64,000 nucleotides of DNA from Octopus sinensis. Its lineage: Eukaryota. Under the pieces are notes generated by a model that had not been told where the DNA came from, ran no database searches, and worked only from the letters and a program-made list of their open reading frames with translations. Below, in pieces: positions 38,429-52,482 of this stretch. The stretch spans positions 52,576,001 to 52,640,000 of the forward strand of contig NC_043001.1 in assembly GCF_006345805.1 (NCBI RefSeq). The letters are read 5' to 3'. The translations under genes were made by a program, and so were the position numbers. Position 1 is the stretch's first letter; each line of letters begins with the position of its first letter.

Positions 38429-38671
38429 TAATAATAATAATAATAATCATAATTATAACAAACATATTATATATACTTATACATATACATATATACATAA
38501 GCATATATGGTCCCAGGAATTTATAGAAGGTAAACAAGATACGAAATACGAAAACATGGATTACGAAATTTTATTGCAAACAAAGAAATAAACAAATGGA
38601 GAAAAAGACAAGTAACATAAAGAACGAATCTTTAACAGTTGTCGGTTGTCTTATCTCCTCCGCATTTCGAA

Positions 38672-38713
<42 letters not shown>

Positions 38714-38989
38714 CAAACAAAAACCTCTATTAATGACTGATGATTGCTCAACATTTTAAAACTTGCAATATTTAATACAATGATGTAGAGTGATACGATC
38801 GTACCAAATTACCGAAGTTATTCTTGTTGCTTATTTTTGATTATAATCAACCCATGGATTTATATGGATAACACCATCCAAATTCTGGGGCATCTAACTT
38901 AAGTACCATATTCAATTGTATATATATATATTATATATATATATATATATTATATATATATATAATATATATATATTATATATATATAT

Positions 38990-39062
<73 letters not shown>

Positions 39063-39077
39063 TATATATATATATTC

Positions 39078-42000
39078 ATGTACAAAGGAACTACGAAGAA
39101 TTTAAATGCCACCGATACTATTCAACCCAAGAATAACAATCGAGCGGTACGTACATTAAACTTACAACAAAAAATGTACGAAAAACTACACGTGCGAAAT
39201 AATGTGACAACAGAAATAAACGGACCGGTACCCTACGAAAATGACGACCGTCAAAATAATGGGCGGACGTTGTACCTCATGTCCCGCAAATAAAACCCAA
39301 AAGACGTAAATGGACACGTTAGGAATACATTTCTATCTTACACGCATACTTCACAGCAATGCTCTACCCAAAAAATGAAAATACAACAACACATACATAT
39401 AAAATATGGAAGGAAAATAATAGAGATATAGACTTGGATACAGCAATGAACCCTAATAAATTAGCTAACGTACGAAGATACATTCTCAAAGCCAAAAAAA
39501 TATCAGAAATAGAAATAGAACATTTAAAAGAAAAAATACACCAGGAAAATGTAGATAGAAGCCACACAACAATGCCCAATAATTTAAACACTGAAACTGT
39601 AAAACACGAAGACAAACGCAACATTCCCAACAAACACGATGTAAACAACGAAGGGGAGCCTAATGATTATGATAATATAAAAAATAAAATAATCAAAGAA
39701 CTGAAAACCACAGAGCCCAAAATGGACCACCGACCATACCTCCCAAAAATCAAAATAGACGAAATAACAACACCAATTATAAACAGCATAAACCTAGCCG
39801 TCACTGAACTAGCCACTGAAACAAAAAAAAATGATATCACTGAACTAAATAACCTAATATACGCAGCAGCCACTGCAGCCACAAAAGAAGCTGGATACTC
39901 ACCCAAACCCGCCCAAACAGGAGTACCACCACCCAACAAACCCTGTGGATAAATAACATCCAAAACAAAATAAAAAAAATTAGAAAAGACCTGTCGATTC
40001 TTAATGAAATCAGCAAACAATCAACGCTACTGAGCAACAAAAAGAGAACAAAAATGCTCCGCAAATATAACATCACAGAAAAAGATTTGCCGGAGATAAA
40101 AGAAAAGCTGAAGCAAGATATCCTTGCCAAAGCTCAAAGGATCCGCCGGTATGAGAAACGCCAATAATAATAATAAGTTCAACTCCAACCCCAAAAAGTT
40201 CTACCAAGAACTGGGAAAAAATAAAATAGAAGTCACTGCAGCACCAACGGCAGAAGAATTGGAAGAATTCTGGAGAGAAATATGGTCGGCGAACGAACAG
40301 ACAAAAAAAAGGAATATCAAAATAACAAACTCGGCATCTGAACAACTTTGGACCCCCATAACAACTGAAGAGGTCACCCAGGCACTGCAAAATCTAAGCA
40401 ACTGGAAGGCACCAGGGCATGACAAGATCCCCAACTTCTGGTTGAAATATCTAACAGGAATGCACAAAAAGCTGGCTGAAAACTTTAACAGCATCCTAGC
40501 AGAGCCAGAGACAATGCCTGAATGGCTCACGAAGGGGGAAACCCTCTTAATTCCCAAATCAAATGAAACAGCAAAACCAGAAAACTACAGACCAATAACC
40601 TGCCTTCCTACTATGTTCAAGGCATTTACTGCAGTGATATCGCAAAGGCTGAACAAGCACCTGGACGAAAACAAACTGTTCCCAGAAGAGCAGAAAGGAT
40701 GCCGCAAAGGCTCATATGGCTGTAAAGATCAACTAATGATTAATAAAGCCGTAACTGAAGACAGCCACAGAAAGAAGAAAGGCCTCAGTATGGCCTGGAT
40801 TGACTACAAAAAGGCGTTTGATAGCATCCCCCACACATGGATCCTCGAAACACTAGCCATTAACAAAGTAGCACCAACAATTATAAAATTCATAGAGCAC
40901 TCTATGAATAAATGGCAAACAGTCCTACACCTCCAAACAAAAGAGGGACTCATGAAAACCAAAGACATCCCCATTAGAAGAGGAATATTCCAGGGAGACA
41001 CGCTCTCTCCACTCCTTTTCTGCTTGGCACTGTCACCTCTATCTGATATGCTAAATAGAACTGGATGCGGATATAAATGTTACGGCAAAACGATCAGCCA
41101 CCTTTTATATGGATGACCTAAAACTATACGCTGCAAATGACAAACAGCTGGAAACACTATTAAAGACAGTTCATGGATTTACCAAAGAAATAGATATGAA
41201 ATTTGGATTAGAAAAATGCGCCAAAGTAACCATGAAAAGAGGAAAACTATTTAAGAGTAACAACATCACACTAGATAAAACCAATGAAATAAAAGAATTA
41301 GACCAAAGCCAAACTTACAAATACTTAGGAATCCATGAACTAGATAAGACACAACACACACAAATGAAAGAGAAAATAAAAAAAGAATATTATAGACGAG
41401 TTAGATCAATACTAAAAACAGAGCTCAATGCTAAAAACAAGATAATAGGTATCAACACTTTAGCTGTCCCAATTATAAGTTACAGCTACAATATCCTTAA
41501 CTGGACACGAAATGAACTGTCCAAAATAGACAGGAAAACAAGAAAAATACTGACAGGATCTAGGATGCATCACCCAAAATCTGACATAGAAAGACTATAT
41601 ATACAACGTATAGAAGGTGGTAGAGGCCTTATACAGCTGGGAAATTACTATTAAATAACCACCATAGGACTGCAAAAATACCTACTTCAGAAGGAAGGAA
41701 AACTGATCCAGATAGCAGCAAAACACGAGCAAAACAAAAAACTGTTCTCAGTATTTAAGGAAGCTGACAAATACAAACAAGAAATCATACCACCTAATAA
41801 ACACGAAGAAGAAGAAGAAGATGATGAAGAAACAACAAAAGCTATAAAACAAATGAAATCCAAACTAAAAATAGAACAGCAACGAACCATGATAAAACGA
41901 TGGCAAGAAAAGCCCCTTCATGGTAAATACTGCACTAAACTAAACGCAAAAGAAATAGACAAAGAAAAATCCCAGCAATGGTTGAGAAGCTCAGGACTCA

Positions 42001-42785
42001 AAGCAGAAACAGAGGGATTTTTAATTGCAGCACAAGACCAAAGCCTCCCCACCAGAAATTACCAAAAACATGTAATGAAAAGAAATATTACAAGTAACTG
42101 CAGAATATGTGGAGATGGACAAGAAACAATAAATCATATATCTCTAGCTGCCCAGTCCTGGCTAAGAAGGAATATATTCACAGACATGACAGAGTTGGAA
42201 CCTACATACATTGGAAGCTATGCCAACATTATGGAATAACAACAGAAAAAAGATGGTATAGGCACACACCAGAAAAGGTCACAGAAAACGAGAAAGCAAC
42301 CATACTCTGGGATATGCCGATACACATAGATAGAGAAATTAAGGCCAACAGACCAGATATAGTTGTCAGAGATCATGAAGAAAAAAAATGCTTTCTAATT
42401 GATGTATCAATACCGGCAGATGACAACGTGTCTCTAAAAGAAATGGAGAAACTCTCAAAATACAAAGACCTGGAAATAGAGGTAACTAGAATGTGGAATC
42501 TGAAAACAGAAACAATTCCTATCATAGTAGGTGCATTAGGCATGATAAAAAAATATTCAGACAAATACATAACAAAAACACCAGGACTTACAAACACATA
42601 TAACATACAGAAAATTGCACTACTAGGCACTGCACACATCCTACGCAGAACACTTTCCATACAATAACCATCAGAGCATCACAACAAATCACAGCACATA
42701 CCCAAGGCACACAGAGCTGCGCTCGGTAGTGAAGTGAAAGCACGCTATTAAAATAAAACTACTGAATAATAATAATAATAATAAA
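39078..42785 (+). mobile_element. Near full-length RLE-type non-LTR retrotransposon (R4/Dong-like): RT, CCHC and restriction-like endonuclease, disrupted
   Basis: NYRPITCLPTMFK, EEQKGC, WIDYKKAFDSIPH, RGIFQGDTLSPLLF, Y/MDDLKLY, CRICG..H..SSC, RPDIVV..LIDVS..KEMEKLSKY; (AAT)n tail; stops and frameshifts near 39320, 39950, 40150, 41110, 41652, 42150. Confidence 0.95.
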
Positions 42786-43332
42786 TGCCCTGATGCAGTA
42801 CCAGGCAGTGGCTCTCATGGCTTCTGATCTTAACTGATTGGCAGTGTTATCATGTACATTGTTTTGTCTTGGTATAAAAGATGGGCTACAGCAAATATTC
42901 TGCTCAATACCACAGAGTTGCTTGTCAGCTGTTTGCCCTTAACCAGTTGAACATGTCCCTTAGTGGCTGACGATATGTGCATCTCTGATCACGAGCAGAA
43001 GTAGTGGGGGAGCCATGTGTTGAGAGGGATTCTTTGGGGTTTGAATAATTCACCTCTGGAAACATGGGTGTTTCGTTCAACGTCCTTAAACAACCCTTAT
43101 TCAGGGACCTTTCGAGTGGGATGGGTTACTCGACCTGAAGAAAATTCTAACTAGCCCCCACCTGCAAGGTCATTTGCAGTTTATTTTGATATGAGATCAC
43201 CATGTCGCGCACATATGGTTGTGATGCATGTGCCTAGTGTACCCTTATCAGACGGGTATTCATGATGGGTATACTGGGCTTCGTATCTTTTACCCCAGTG
43301 TCACTTTGATGGCATGCACTGCTCTCTCACTC

Positions 43333-43376
<44 letters not shown>

Positions 43377-43390
43377 TAATAATAATAATG
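42786..43390 (+). mobile_element. Non-coding ~550-bp element ending in (AAT)n (probable non-autonomous retroposon)
   Basis: Higher-GC non-coding block bounded by (AAT)n on both sides; classification is inference. Confidence 0.55.
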
Positions 43391-43529
43391 GTAGCGTCGA
43401 TGTTAGTTGCAGTGATAACAACCGTTTCTAAATCTGCCACAATACATGGTTCAATACTAATAATTTTAACGTAATACAAATATGTCTAACGAAACAAAAA
43501 GTAAAACTAAAGCAGTACACTAAATTGCT

Positions 43530-44260
43530 TGTCGTATGGTTAATCTTAAAGCGCGTCACCCAGGTGAGACCCAGCCTGGGATCGAAAAGTTATCTATTGT
43601 CATAAACGCTTCTCTGAATACGAACCTGTATGGTCACTTGAAGGGAAATTTCCCTAACTCGAGCCCTCCAAGTCAACCACAACAGTCACAAGAGAAAAAG
43701 AAAAATATAAAAGGATCGAGTGAACCCGTGGAGAGTATACAGAAGTGATATACTTCTATTACTATGCATTACGCAAGCCATCTGAGGAGAAACACACCGT
43801 TCACTCATCAAATATGAAGAACACAAAATCAAGACAGCTGACTATATTTGGACGAAAACAAGTTAGCAAATGTTAGGAGGGATATCTTCAGAAATAAAAG
43901 ATTCACAGATAGTGAAATAACCGCGATCAAGCACGCAATTGAGAATGACCTAAATATGACAGAAAGGAAATGAAGTACCTGACAAAGAGAGCAACTCTCC
44001 ACGAGTCTCAATTGAAAGACTGTCATCTGACCAGAACGCACAAAGTTCAGGAGATATAAATTGTAATGAACCTGATAAAGGTAACAAGGAAAGTGGTAAA
44101 GAAACAATATTTGAAGACTACACATTCACTGATGAACAGAGAGTCTATGATAGAATTGAAGCAGAAAATCTTGAATAATAGTATGTTAGAGAACCACTTC
44201 ATAAGCTCTCAAATACAATCCAAAATAGTAGAATAGCACCGGTTGTTTTAGTATTATGCT
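43530..44260 (+). mobile_element. Decayed 5' part of a third R4/Dong-like subfamily
   Basis: RIE*TRGEYTEVIYFYYYALRKP..LYLDENKLANVRRDIFRNKRFTDSEITAIK is homologous to 39311-39530. Confidence 0.75.
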
Positions 44261-44624
44261 GCGGTACACGACTAGCAATAAGCAAATAGAGATGGAAAAA
44301 AATCTTCGTGTGCGCCTATGCTTATATATGGGAAGGTGCGTTTATGTTTACTTCAATGCCGCTGATCGGAAAACCTCATTTCGCCAAATGATAAATGTAA
44401 TCACTCCAAATACAGACCTAGGAAAATACGTACACGACTGACCTCAGTACTCGTTTACGCGATTGCATAACAACAATTGAAGACACTGCTAAACATGGTC
44501 ACATTTTGGATATACTAAAATGTATATAATCGTTAGTAATAACTATACAAACGAACGCTATCTCTTCTCACCAGATTTCTATGCATAATAGCTCTGTTAT
44601 TATGAGTGTATTTTTTTTTCCAAG

Positions 44625-44832
44625 ACGGTGAGCTAGCAGAATTGTGAGCATGTCAAGCAAACGGCTTAGCAGTGTTTCGACCGACTTTATATTTTGGGGT
44701 CAAATTCCGCGGGGATCAACTTTATCTTTCATCCTTTTGGTATTCGATAAAATAAGTACCCGTTGAATACGAGGGTTGATATAATCGACTAAATCCCTTC
44801 TGAAACTGCTGGCCTTGTGCCAGAATTTGAAA
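44625..44832 (+). mobile_element. tRNA-derived SINE family B (Meta-domain-like core)
   Basis: ggtgagctagcagaa head, gg.tcaaattcc B-box-like, ctttcatcctttt..tcgataaaataagtacc core. Confidence 0.7.
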
Positions 44833-45708
44833 TCGCTATTATGTGCTTTATTAAGTGTATCTACTATAAAATTTTGCGTATTCTCTTATTGGAAACTTTT
44901 CAACTTACGTATTAGATATTTTCCATTTCAGAAGTTTATTTAAATTAGAAACGTTTCTAGCGTAGACGATTGCGATAACGAAAACGTTCTCGCATGACGA
45001 ATATTCATCTTAGATCTTCCTCAGTAACGGTAAAGTATAATCAAATAAATCTAAATTATCACATACTTGGTACATATTTAATCATTTCCACAAGGATCAA
45101 AATCAAAATTAACCTACTGGATATGAATTTAGAATGCAGACGTACGAATTTAAACAATCTTTCTAATATTGACTGGTGTTGCATTGTATCTCTCGATTCA
45201 CAAATTTTTTTCTGTCTGTATCAATATTGAAAAACTCTGACCATTTTTCCTAATATATTCTAGGCAATGCATATTTGTAAAGCTTCATCAATGTGTGCCT
45301 ATAGTGAGAGTGTTTGCGATATATTTACTCATGGCAACAAGATGGATTATATGATGCATTTCATTTATATTGCATGGAAACATATTTCGTCAGGGGGTTG
45401 ATTAATATATTAACACGCACACACACACACAAACAGACGCATACAGACACACACAAACGCGCACGTACACACATACACACATACATTCAGAAACGAAGAG
45501 CTTATCTAGCAAATCACACAAGTAAAACTACTGTACAGCATAATGTCCAACAAAACTTTTGAAACATTTGCTTTAAAATATCAAGTTTCCTCGCAACGAA
45601 ATATACTAATAATATTCCCAGAAGTATGAACGCAATTACTTTTCGTATAATCTAATTTGCGAACATTACACAGACACAGACGTTCATAAGTGTATGTATG
45701 TGTGCATG

Positions 45709-45981
<273 letters not shown>

Positions 45982-46776
45982 TATCATTACTCTGAGGCCG
46001 GAATACGTAACGGTGTCACGTGGTTCGTTGCAGAGAAAGGCGATGAACTAAAGCGAAAGAAGGAGAGAGAGGTGTTCATGGCGTGAGGTAAGGGAGAGGT
46101 AATAGTTATTACGTTGTTAAAAAGTTAGGTGAATGGAGCGACATACATTAAGAGAGTTAGAAATACAATGTTTAGCAGAGGGTTGACGTTGTGGTGGTGA
46201 GGTTAAAGAAAGGCAGAGAGAGAGAGACAGACAGACAGACATACAGACATACAAAGTAGTAACATTTTTGTCAGCCGAGGCAATAAGCTGTCATGTGGTT
46301 AGTGGAAGTGAGAGGTGAAGAGAAAGTACCAGAGAGAAATGATAACGACTAGAAGAGGATACTAACACGGTTAAAAGATTCTTTTGAAGTAAGAGGAAGA
46401 GAAAAAAAGACGGAGATATATGGAATTTTAAGCTTCATGTGTTATTGCGACTGAAAAAAAATAACAACATTTTAATATTAAATTTTTTTGTCGTATATTG
46501 AACTGGCAATGAATATATAACAAATGCTGTATATTTCTTTAAATAATTAAAAACAGCCAGTCATATGGGCTGTATGAATTTTATGTGGACTTGCCTGCAA
46601 TTTGCTTATCCTTATATATATTGCGATTACGATAAACGGGAACCGAATCGATTCGATCACACTCATCATTATTATTATTGTGCGCGTGTACTACTTGTTA
46701 ATGTTAATTTACTGTTGAACATTTGTTGTATCTGTGTTTTCAAATGAGGCAGTATTGTTAGCGTTTCTCCCTTTTT

Positions 46777-47469
46777 TTGAAGCGGCAAGTGCTGAATTAT
46801 TGTTATGTCTACAAGAACATAAGTTCCTCAGATATAACATCGACGGAGGAGGAGTTGTTGAGAAATATCAACAATAAGGAGAGGAAAATAGAAGAAAAGA
46901 AGAATTTTGCGGCTGCGGCCGACAGCACCAGGGAAACAATACGTTTTGAGAGGAGGGAGCTAGAAAGGTGTAAGAAGATATTAAGAACAGAGGGGCACGA
47001 AGTTAAGGTGATCCCTCCTAGCGAGGTTACAAGGTTAACGATGGTAAAAACGATTTTGTAGAGAACGTACAATTTAAAACTCAAAGGAGTTGAGGTTGCA
47101 AAAAGGTAAAAAGTAGAAAAAACCCTAAAGCCCATCTGGCAGGACGTTACTTCCTTTGCCAGATAAAGGAAATACAAAACGGTGGTGGTGCGGTCTCAAA
47201 CCAATGATTGGCGGAGGGGGACTGTGGGCCTCCAGGTGACAAGAATATCAGAGAGAAATTGGCAACGGTTAGAGATTTTCACCCAGGCTGCCGTGGGGGA
47301 CCTGGAGAGGATAGTCGACACGATAAAGGTGGGCGATGACGTAAAACTAAGGGTTGGGATTGAAGACAGGAATCCCCGTTGTTACAAGTGTGACCAGAAA
47401 GACCACATAAGAGCAGAGTGCCATCCACAGCCCATAAATGTATCAGCGACACCACCAGTGGGAAAATAG
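46777..47469 (+). pseudogene. Gag-like/ORF1 remnant with CCHC zinc knuckle
   Basis: The two listed ORFs share one frame (about 230 codons, 3 in-frame stops) ending in CYKCDQKDHIRAEC (CX2CX4HX4C). Confidence 0.6.
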
Positions 47470-48864
47470 ATCGCACCTCTATCTCCTGCGAATACAGATA
47501 CTGTGGGAGTGAATGAAGAGGAGACTGGCGAAAACGAAAGGAAGGAGGACCAAGTGAAGGAAAAATAAAGGGTAAATAAAATAAAAGGAAGAAAAATAGG
47601 AAAATGACACAATCTTTTGATGTTAACCCCCACCCTAACCCTACCCGGCCCCAATCTTTCCCACTCTGCCCAACTCTTCCCCTGCAGTCATCGAACCTCA
47701 CCCTGATCCACAAGACACTAACCCCATCCTTGTCCCTATAGATACAAAATGAATCACACAGATCCTCAAATTCACCAGCCCTCATCCCGAGAAAACTGTG
47801 GCATCGTTATGTAGAATTGCTTGAATGAAGGGTTGAGAAAGGAAATAAAAAATGGGGATACATTGGCAAAAGTTTGATATTCCGGTGTGAGCGAATTCTC
47901 TTTCATGAAAAATGTGCACTTATTAAAAAAGAGAACTTTCCCAGACTTAAAGAGACTTTCGGGCACAAAGTTATCAGTCTGCAAAGGCAATTTGATAGCG
48001 ACGGAACAACTTCATCGATAAGTCTACTCGATATATTCATAGACTTTAAAGAGAACTTTCAATTGTAGTAATTGTATAAAAAATTTCCAATGAGGTCACT
48101 TGTAATGTGTGGTTCGAGTGGCCTTCATTTCAGCGCTTCATGAATTTCATTCCATACTTTTATTTTATTGGTTTTATTTTTCCCAAATTGTGCTGTCCTT
48201 GTGCCGTTCTATCTGAATTTAGACATTTAGTGGTTAATAAAAGAATAATAAGTAAACTATCGCCTCTCTTGTTGTTATTATGATTGTTCTTAAGTACTAC
48301 TTGTTCCTGTTAATATTAAATTACCTTTAACATTTGCTGTTTTTGTGTTTTTAATACACTTTGTTTTGCTTCCATAAAGCAGTTTTGTTAACGTTTTCTC
48401 CTCTGATTGAAGTGACCAGTGCTGAGTTATTATCATAGAATACGAGAGCATGAATTCTTCAAATTGAAGTAAGAGCTTACATCTGTAAAAACAATTTGCA
48501 GTTATTTTAATTTTAAATTTTAATTATAAATTGTAGTCATTAATTTGATTAGTGATATCTGCTTTTCTTATTTAATTGACCATTAGGCTGACTTATTTAT
48601 AGATTGTTTAGCCAATTAGCTAGAAAATTAGCTGTTTGTTGGAGTAGTCACCTCACTGGTTAGGTGCACTGGATGGCAGACCAACAGTCCCTAATTTAGA
48701 CCCCTTACCCTTGTTATTACCTCCCCTTAACCATACAATGTCCCCAATTTTCCTACGGAATAAGTTTGTTTCATTGTTTTTACTAATTTCACACTCCTAT
48801 TGAAAAACTTCTGCATCCATTTTCAACCCGACCGCTCGACAGTTCTATAATTAAGAGATGAGGA

Positions 48865-49106
48865 ATTATATACATTATTTACATTTGACAGGTATTTGTC
48901 CTAATCTTGTTTGTTGTTAACACAACGTTTCGGCTAATATACGCTGGGTTCTCATTCCTAAGCTATTTTCGATGTTATTGTCATCATTATCATCATTATC
49001 ATCAACATCACTGTTATTATTATTATTATTATTATTCAGGTCACTGCTTGGGATCGAACTCGTAATCTTGGGGTTAGTAGCCCGCGCTCTTAACCACTAC
49101 GCCATA
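48865..49106 (-). mobile_element. tRNA-headed composite element with internal (AAT)n and half a hammerhead motif
   Basis: Head TGGCGTAGTGGTTAAG..GAGTTCGATCC (49106-49036); AGCC-GAAAC-GTT-GTG at ~48935-48921; CTGANGA half absent. Confidence 0.65.
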
Positions 49107-50018
49107 ACAACAAAAAGTTGAGGGCAAATATCCATCAAATGTAAATAACGTAAATAATGAACAACCGCATTACTTCCTAAATATCCGAATAGATTCTTCT
49201 CTTAATATTTATTCCATAGTATTATTTTTTTTTAAATCTAGTATTTACTATCCTATGCTTTTTAGGGCCCTTTACAATACACACCATTTCCTAGTGATTT
49301 ATTGATTTATCTTACCCCGTATAACGGTTTCAATAGCTGGAGTTTTGTTTTTAAATTTCAACTGACCAATTACATCGAACGTTGGACCTTGGCCTATCTC
49401 ACTTCGAACAACAGGTGGAAGGGCTTATCCACCTGCTAGTAAATAAGTAAAAAATTACATTTAACCTATAAGCACTTTATTATGAATTATACTATTAATT
49501 AGTAATACAAACATAATTATTATATAATAATTATGATTAACCTAAACCCTTATTGTATCTTCACCCCTTCTTCGACTAAAACCTATTGGCGTATCCAACT
49601 ACTGGTTTTATTTTTTTATTATTTATCCATCCTATCCCCCCACCCCCGTACAAAGGATTACTCCACCAATTGCTATTCTTGGTTTAGTCATTTACTTAAC
49701 GTACCAAAGAGACACACTAGCAATATGATTAAAACAATATTCAACTTTTCTTTTTCCTTCTCTATGTCATTCGTTATATATTCTTCACTCTGATGAAGCT
49801 CCAAGTTTTAGATCGGTTTCATCGTGAAATATGATAAATGTCTTTAGCACATCAATAGTAATACTACAAAACATTGGAAGCTGAAACAGCTGTTAGATGG
49901 GATGCAGTCTATTTTCTATTGAATTAATAAATTTTCGGACGTTTAGGAAGTAAGGCGGTTGTACATTATTTACATAATTTACATTTAATGGATATTTGCC
50001 CTCATCCTTTTTGATGTT
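49107..50018. repeat. Inverted repeat arms (49107-49189 and 49934-50018) enclosing a hammerhead-bearing PLE-like end
   Basis: caaatatccatcaaatgtaaat..aaccgcattacttcctaaa vs tttaggaagtaaggcggtt..atttacatttaatggatatttg. Confidence 0.8.
49784..49901 (+). ncRNA. Type I hammerhead ribozyme, long loop II, GUU triplet
   Basis: TTCACT-CTGATGA-AGCTCCAA..TTGG(A)AGCT-GAAAC-AGCT-GTT-AG(A)TGGG. Confidence 0.7.
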
Positions 50019-50360
50019 ATTGTAAGTCAATTGTTGTTCAATTTTCATTTTCTGTTTTTTTTTTATTTTGATTATTGTTAAACCCTTGTCTTTACCTATT
50101 ATTTATGAGCATAATATACTTGCATACGTATGTCCATGATTGAACAAAGGTAATATACCGGTAGCACAGTGGATACCTCTATCCCTTAGACGGTTATTTT
50201 AAACTAACTCAACTAACTTATATATACATATAAGTGTGTGCGAGCGTATAATGTGTGTGTTTGTGAGTGTATATATATAAAAATACATTTATATATAATA
50301 TATATATTATATATATATATTATATACATACATACAATATATATATATCTATCTTATCTA

Positions 50361-50393
<33 letters not shown>

Positions 50394-50472
50394 TACATAT
50401 ATATATATATATATATAATATATATATACATATAATATATATACATATATATATATAATAATATAATAACTA

Positions 50473-50508
<36 letters not shown>

Positions 50509-51104
50509 GAATATATATATATATATATATCTATATATAATATATATTACATATATATACACACACACATACACAAACATAAATAATTTTATAGCGAAAA
50601 CGATCGATTCGCAACGAAGTAGTTTTATGTTATATCCTGTTGAATATGATTTTATATCAGTATGTGCGTGCGTGTGACTGAGCTAGTTTGTAGAAAGTAT
50701 ATGCGCGTCATTTTATATGTTTCCCACCGCACGTCTGTCGGTGTTAATTTACTTACCATAACAAGCTCACTAGTGATTTAGAGTTGAAGGAAAACGCCGT
50801 CACACATAGGCGAATTTATGAGGCACTTTGCTATTTGATAAACAATTAGAATGAAAAGTATATTAATTTTACTTAAGGGAGTGTACTAAATAAAACATTT
50901 TATGCACCATGGACACATGAAGTAATGGAATGGAAAATGTCACGCATTTGAATATTTTCCTAATAGTTTGTACCATCGTTTGAAAATGCACCTTCATATT
51001 CTTGTTCATACCTGCATATCCGCATACATTGTGAATGGGTATATGTATGTTTGTGCGTGCGTTCATGAGTGTGTGTGGGTGGGTGGGTGTGTGCGTGTGT
51101 GAGT

Positions 51105-51340
51105 GCGCGTAGCCATGCGATTAAGGTACTGAATCACGATTGTAAGATCATTATTTCGATTCCCAGAAAGGCGGTGTGTTAGGCTTCTGTGTAAAACACT
51201 TCGTGTAACTCTACTTTACTTTATTTAGCTGCAAAATTTGAAGCCCGCGATGTACAAGCGTTCAGTGTAGGGGAAATGTTGGCCCGTACGTCTATTCTCC
51301 GGATCAGCATCATCTAAAATAACAACGGTACAAGAAAGCG
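51105..51340 (+). mobile_element. Degenerate tRNA-derived SINE with V-like core
   Basis: Eroded head (ttcgattccc) and gcccgcgatgtacaagcgttcagtgtagggg core. Confidence 0.5.
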
Positions 51341-51972
51341 ATTCAGTAAGAAACTATGATATATATGCTCTTTTTTCTTCTAATTCAATGCATAAATATA
51401 TTCATAGATATATATCATATATCATCAAATATTGGTATTGAATTACATTTCCATACTTCGAACTAATTTCCAACCTGCAGTTCCTATGCCACTGAACCAA
51501 CATATGAATATACATTTACACATGCAGCCCTCCTACCCATGCTGTTCAAGTATATAAATGTATATTTATTTATATAATATACTATTTCTCCTAACTCTTT
51601 TGTACTAGCTATTATTCGAAATTTAATATAATATACCTTTGTTCTGCAAATTTCATTACTATAAAGTAAGTTAATTTCATAATTTCCTGTGAAATTTTAA
51701 TTCTCATTGCAGATATTTCTCAAAGTTTATAGTAATTTAATAGTCCTTATTAGCGAGCCAAATTTCCTTACCCATCCATTTCTCTTTCTCTCTCTATTGA
51801 TATATCTATTACTTTCAATTTCTTCTCTCTCGCTCTTTCGCCCCCTCCTCTCGTTCTCTCTATATATATTAATAGATAGAATGGCAATATCTATCTATAT
51901 CTATCTATCTGTAATACACATATTTATATAGACATAGATGGATATACATATTTAAATGTACATGTGTATGCA

Positions 51973-52047
<75 letters not shown>

Positions 52048-52099
52048 AACATATATATCATATATATATCACATATATATGTGTGAGTCTGTGTGTGTG

Positions 52100-52482
52100 A
52101 GCGTGGCTGTGTGGTAAAAAAAGCTTGCTTCTTTACCACATGGCTCCGGGTTCAGTCCCACTGCGTACCACCTTGGGCAGGTGTCTGCTACATTGGCCTG
52201 GGGCTGACTAAATCCTTGCGAGTGGATTTGGTATACAGAAACTCAAAGAATCCCGTCGTATATGCGTATGTGTTTGTCTTTATGTCGATTGTTGTCCCCA
52301 GAACGCTGCTTGACAACCACTGTTGGTGTTTTTACGTCTCCATAGCATAGCGGTTCGGTAAAAGAGACTGATAGAATAAATACTCGTCTCGAAAATAAGT
52401 CTTAGTGTCTTTTTGTTCAACAAAACCTTTCAAGGCCTTGCTACATTATGCCCGCTGTCAAATAAATGATTGAAACAAGAAA
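52100..52482 (+). mobile_element. SINE family A, complete, minimal internal microsatellite
   Basis: Aligns to 54485-54892. Confidence 0.85.

Noticed and set aside
38610-38672. Possible decayed hammerhead on minus (GGAGGA..ACC-GACAACTGTTA)
   Set aside because: Both core halves are mutated; not distinguishable from chance
49036-49106. tRNA gene
   Set aside because: A and B boxes present but no acceptor stem; better explained as a SINE-type head
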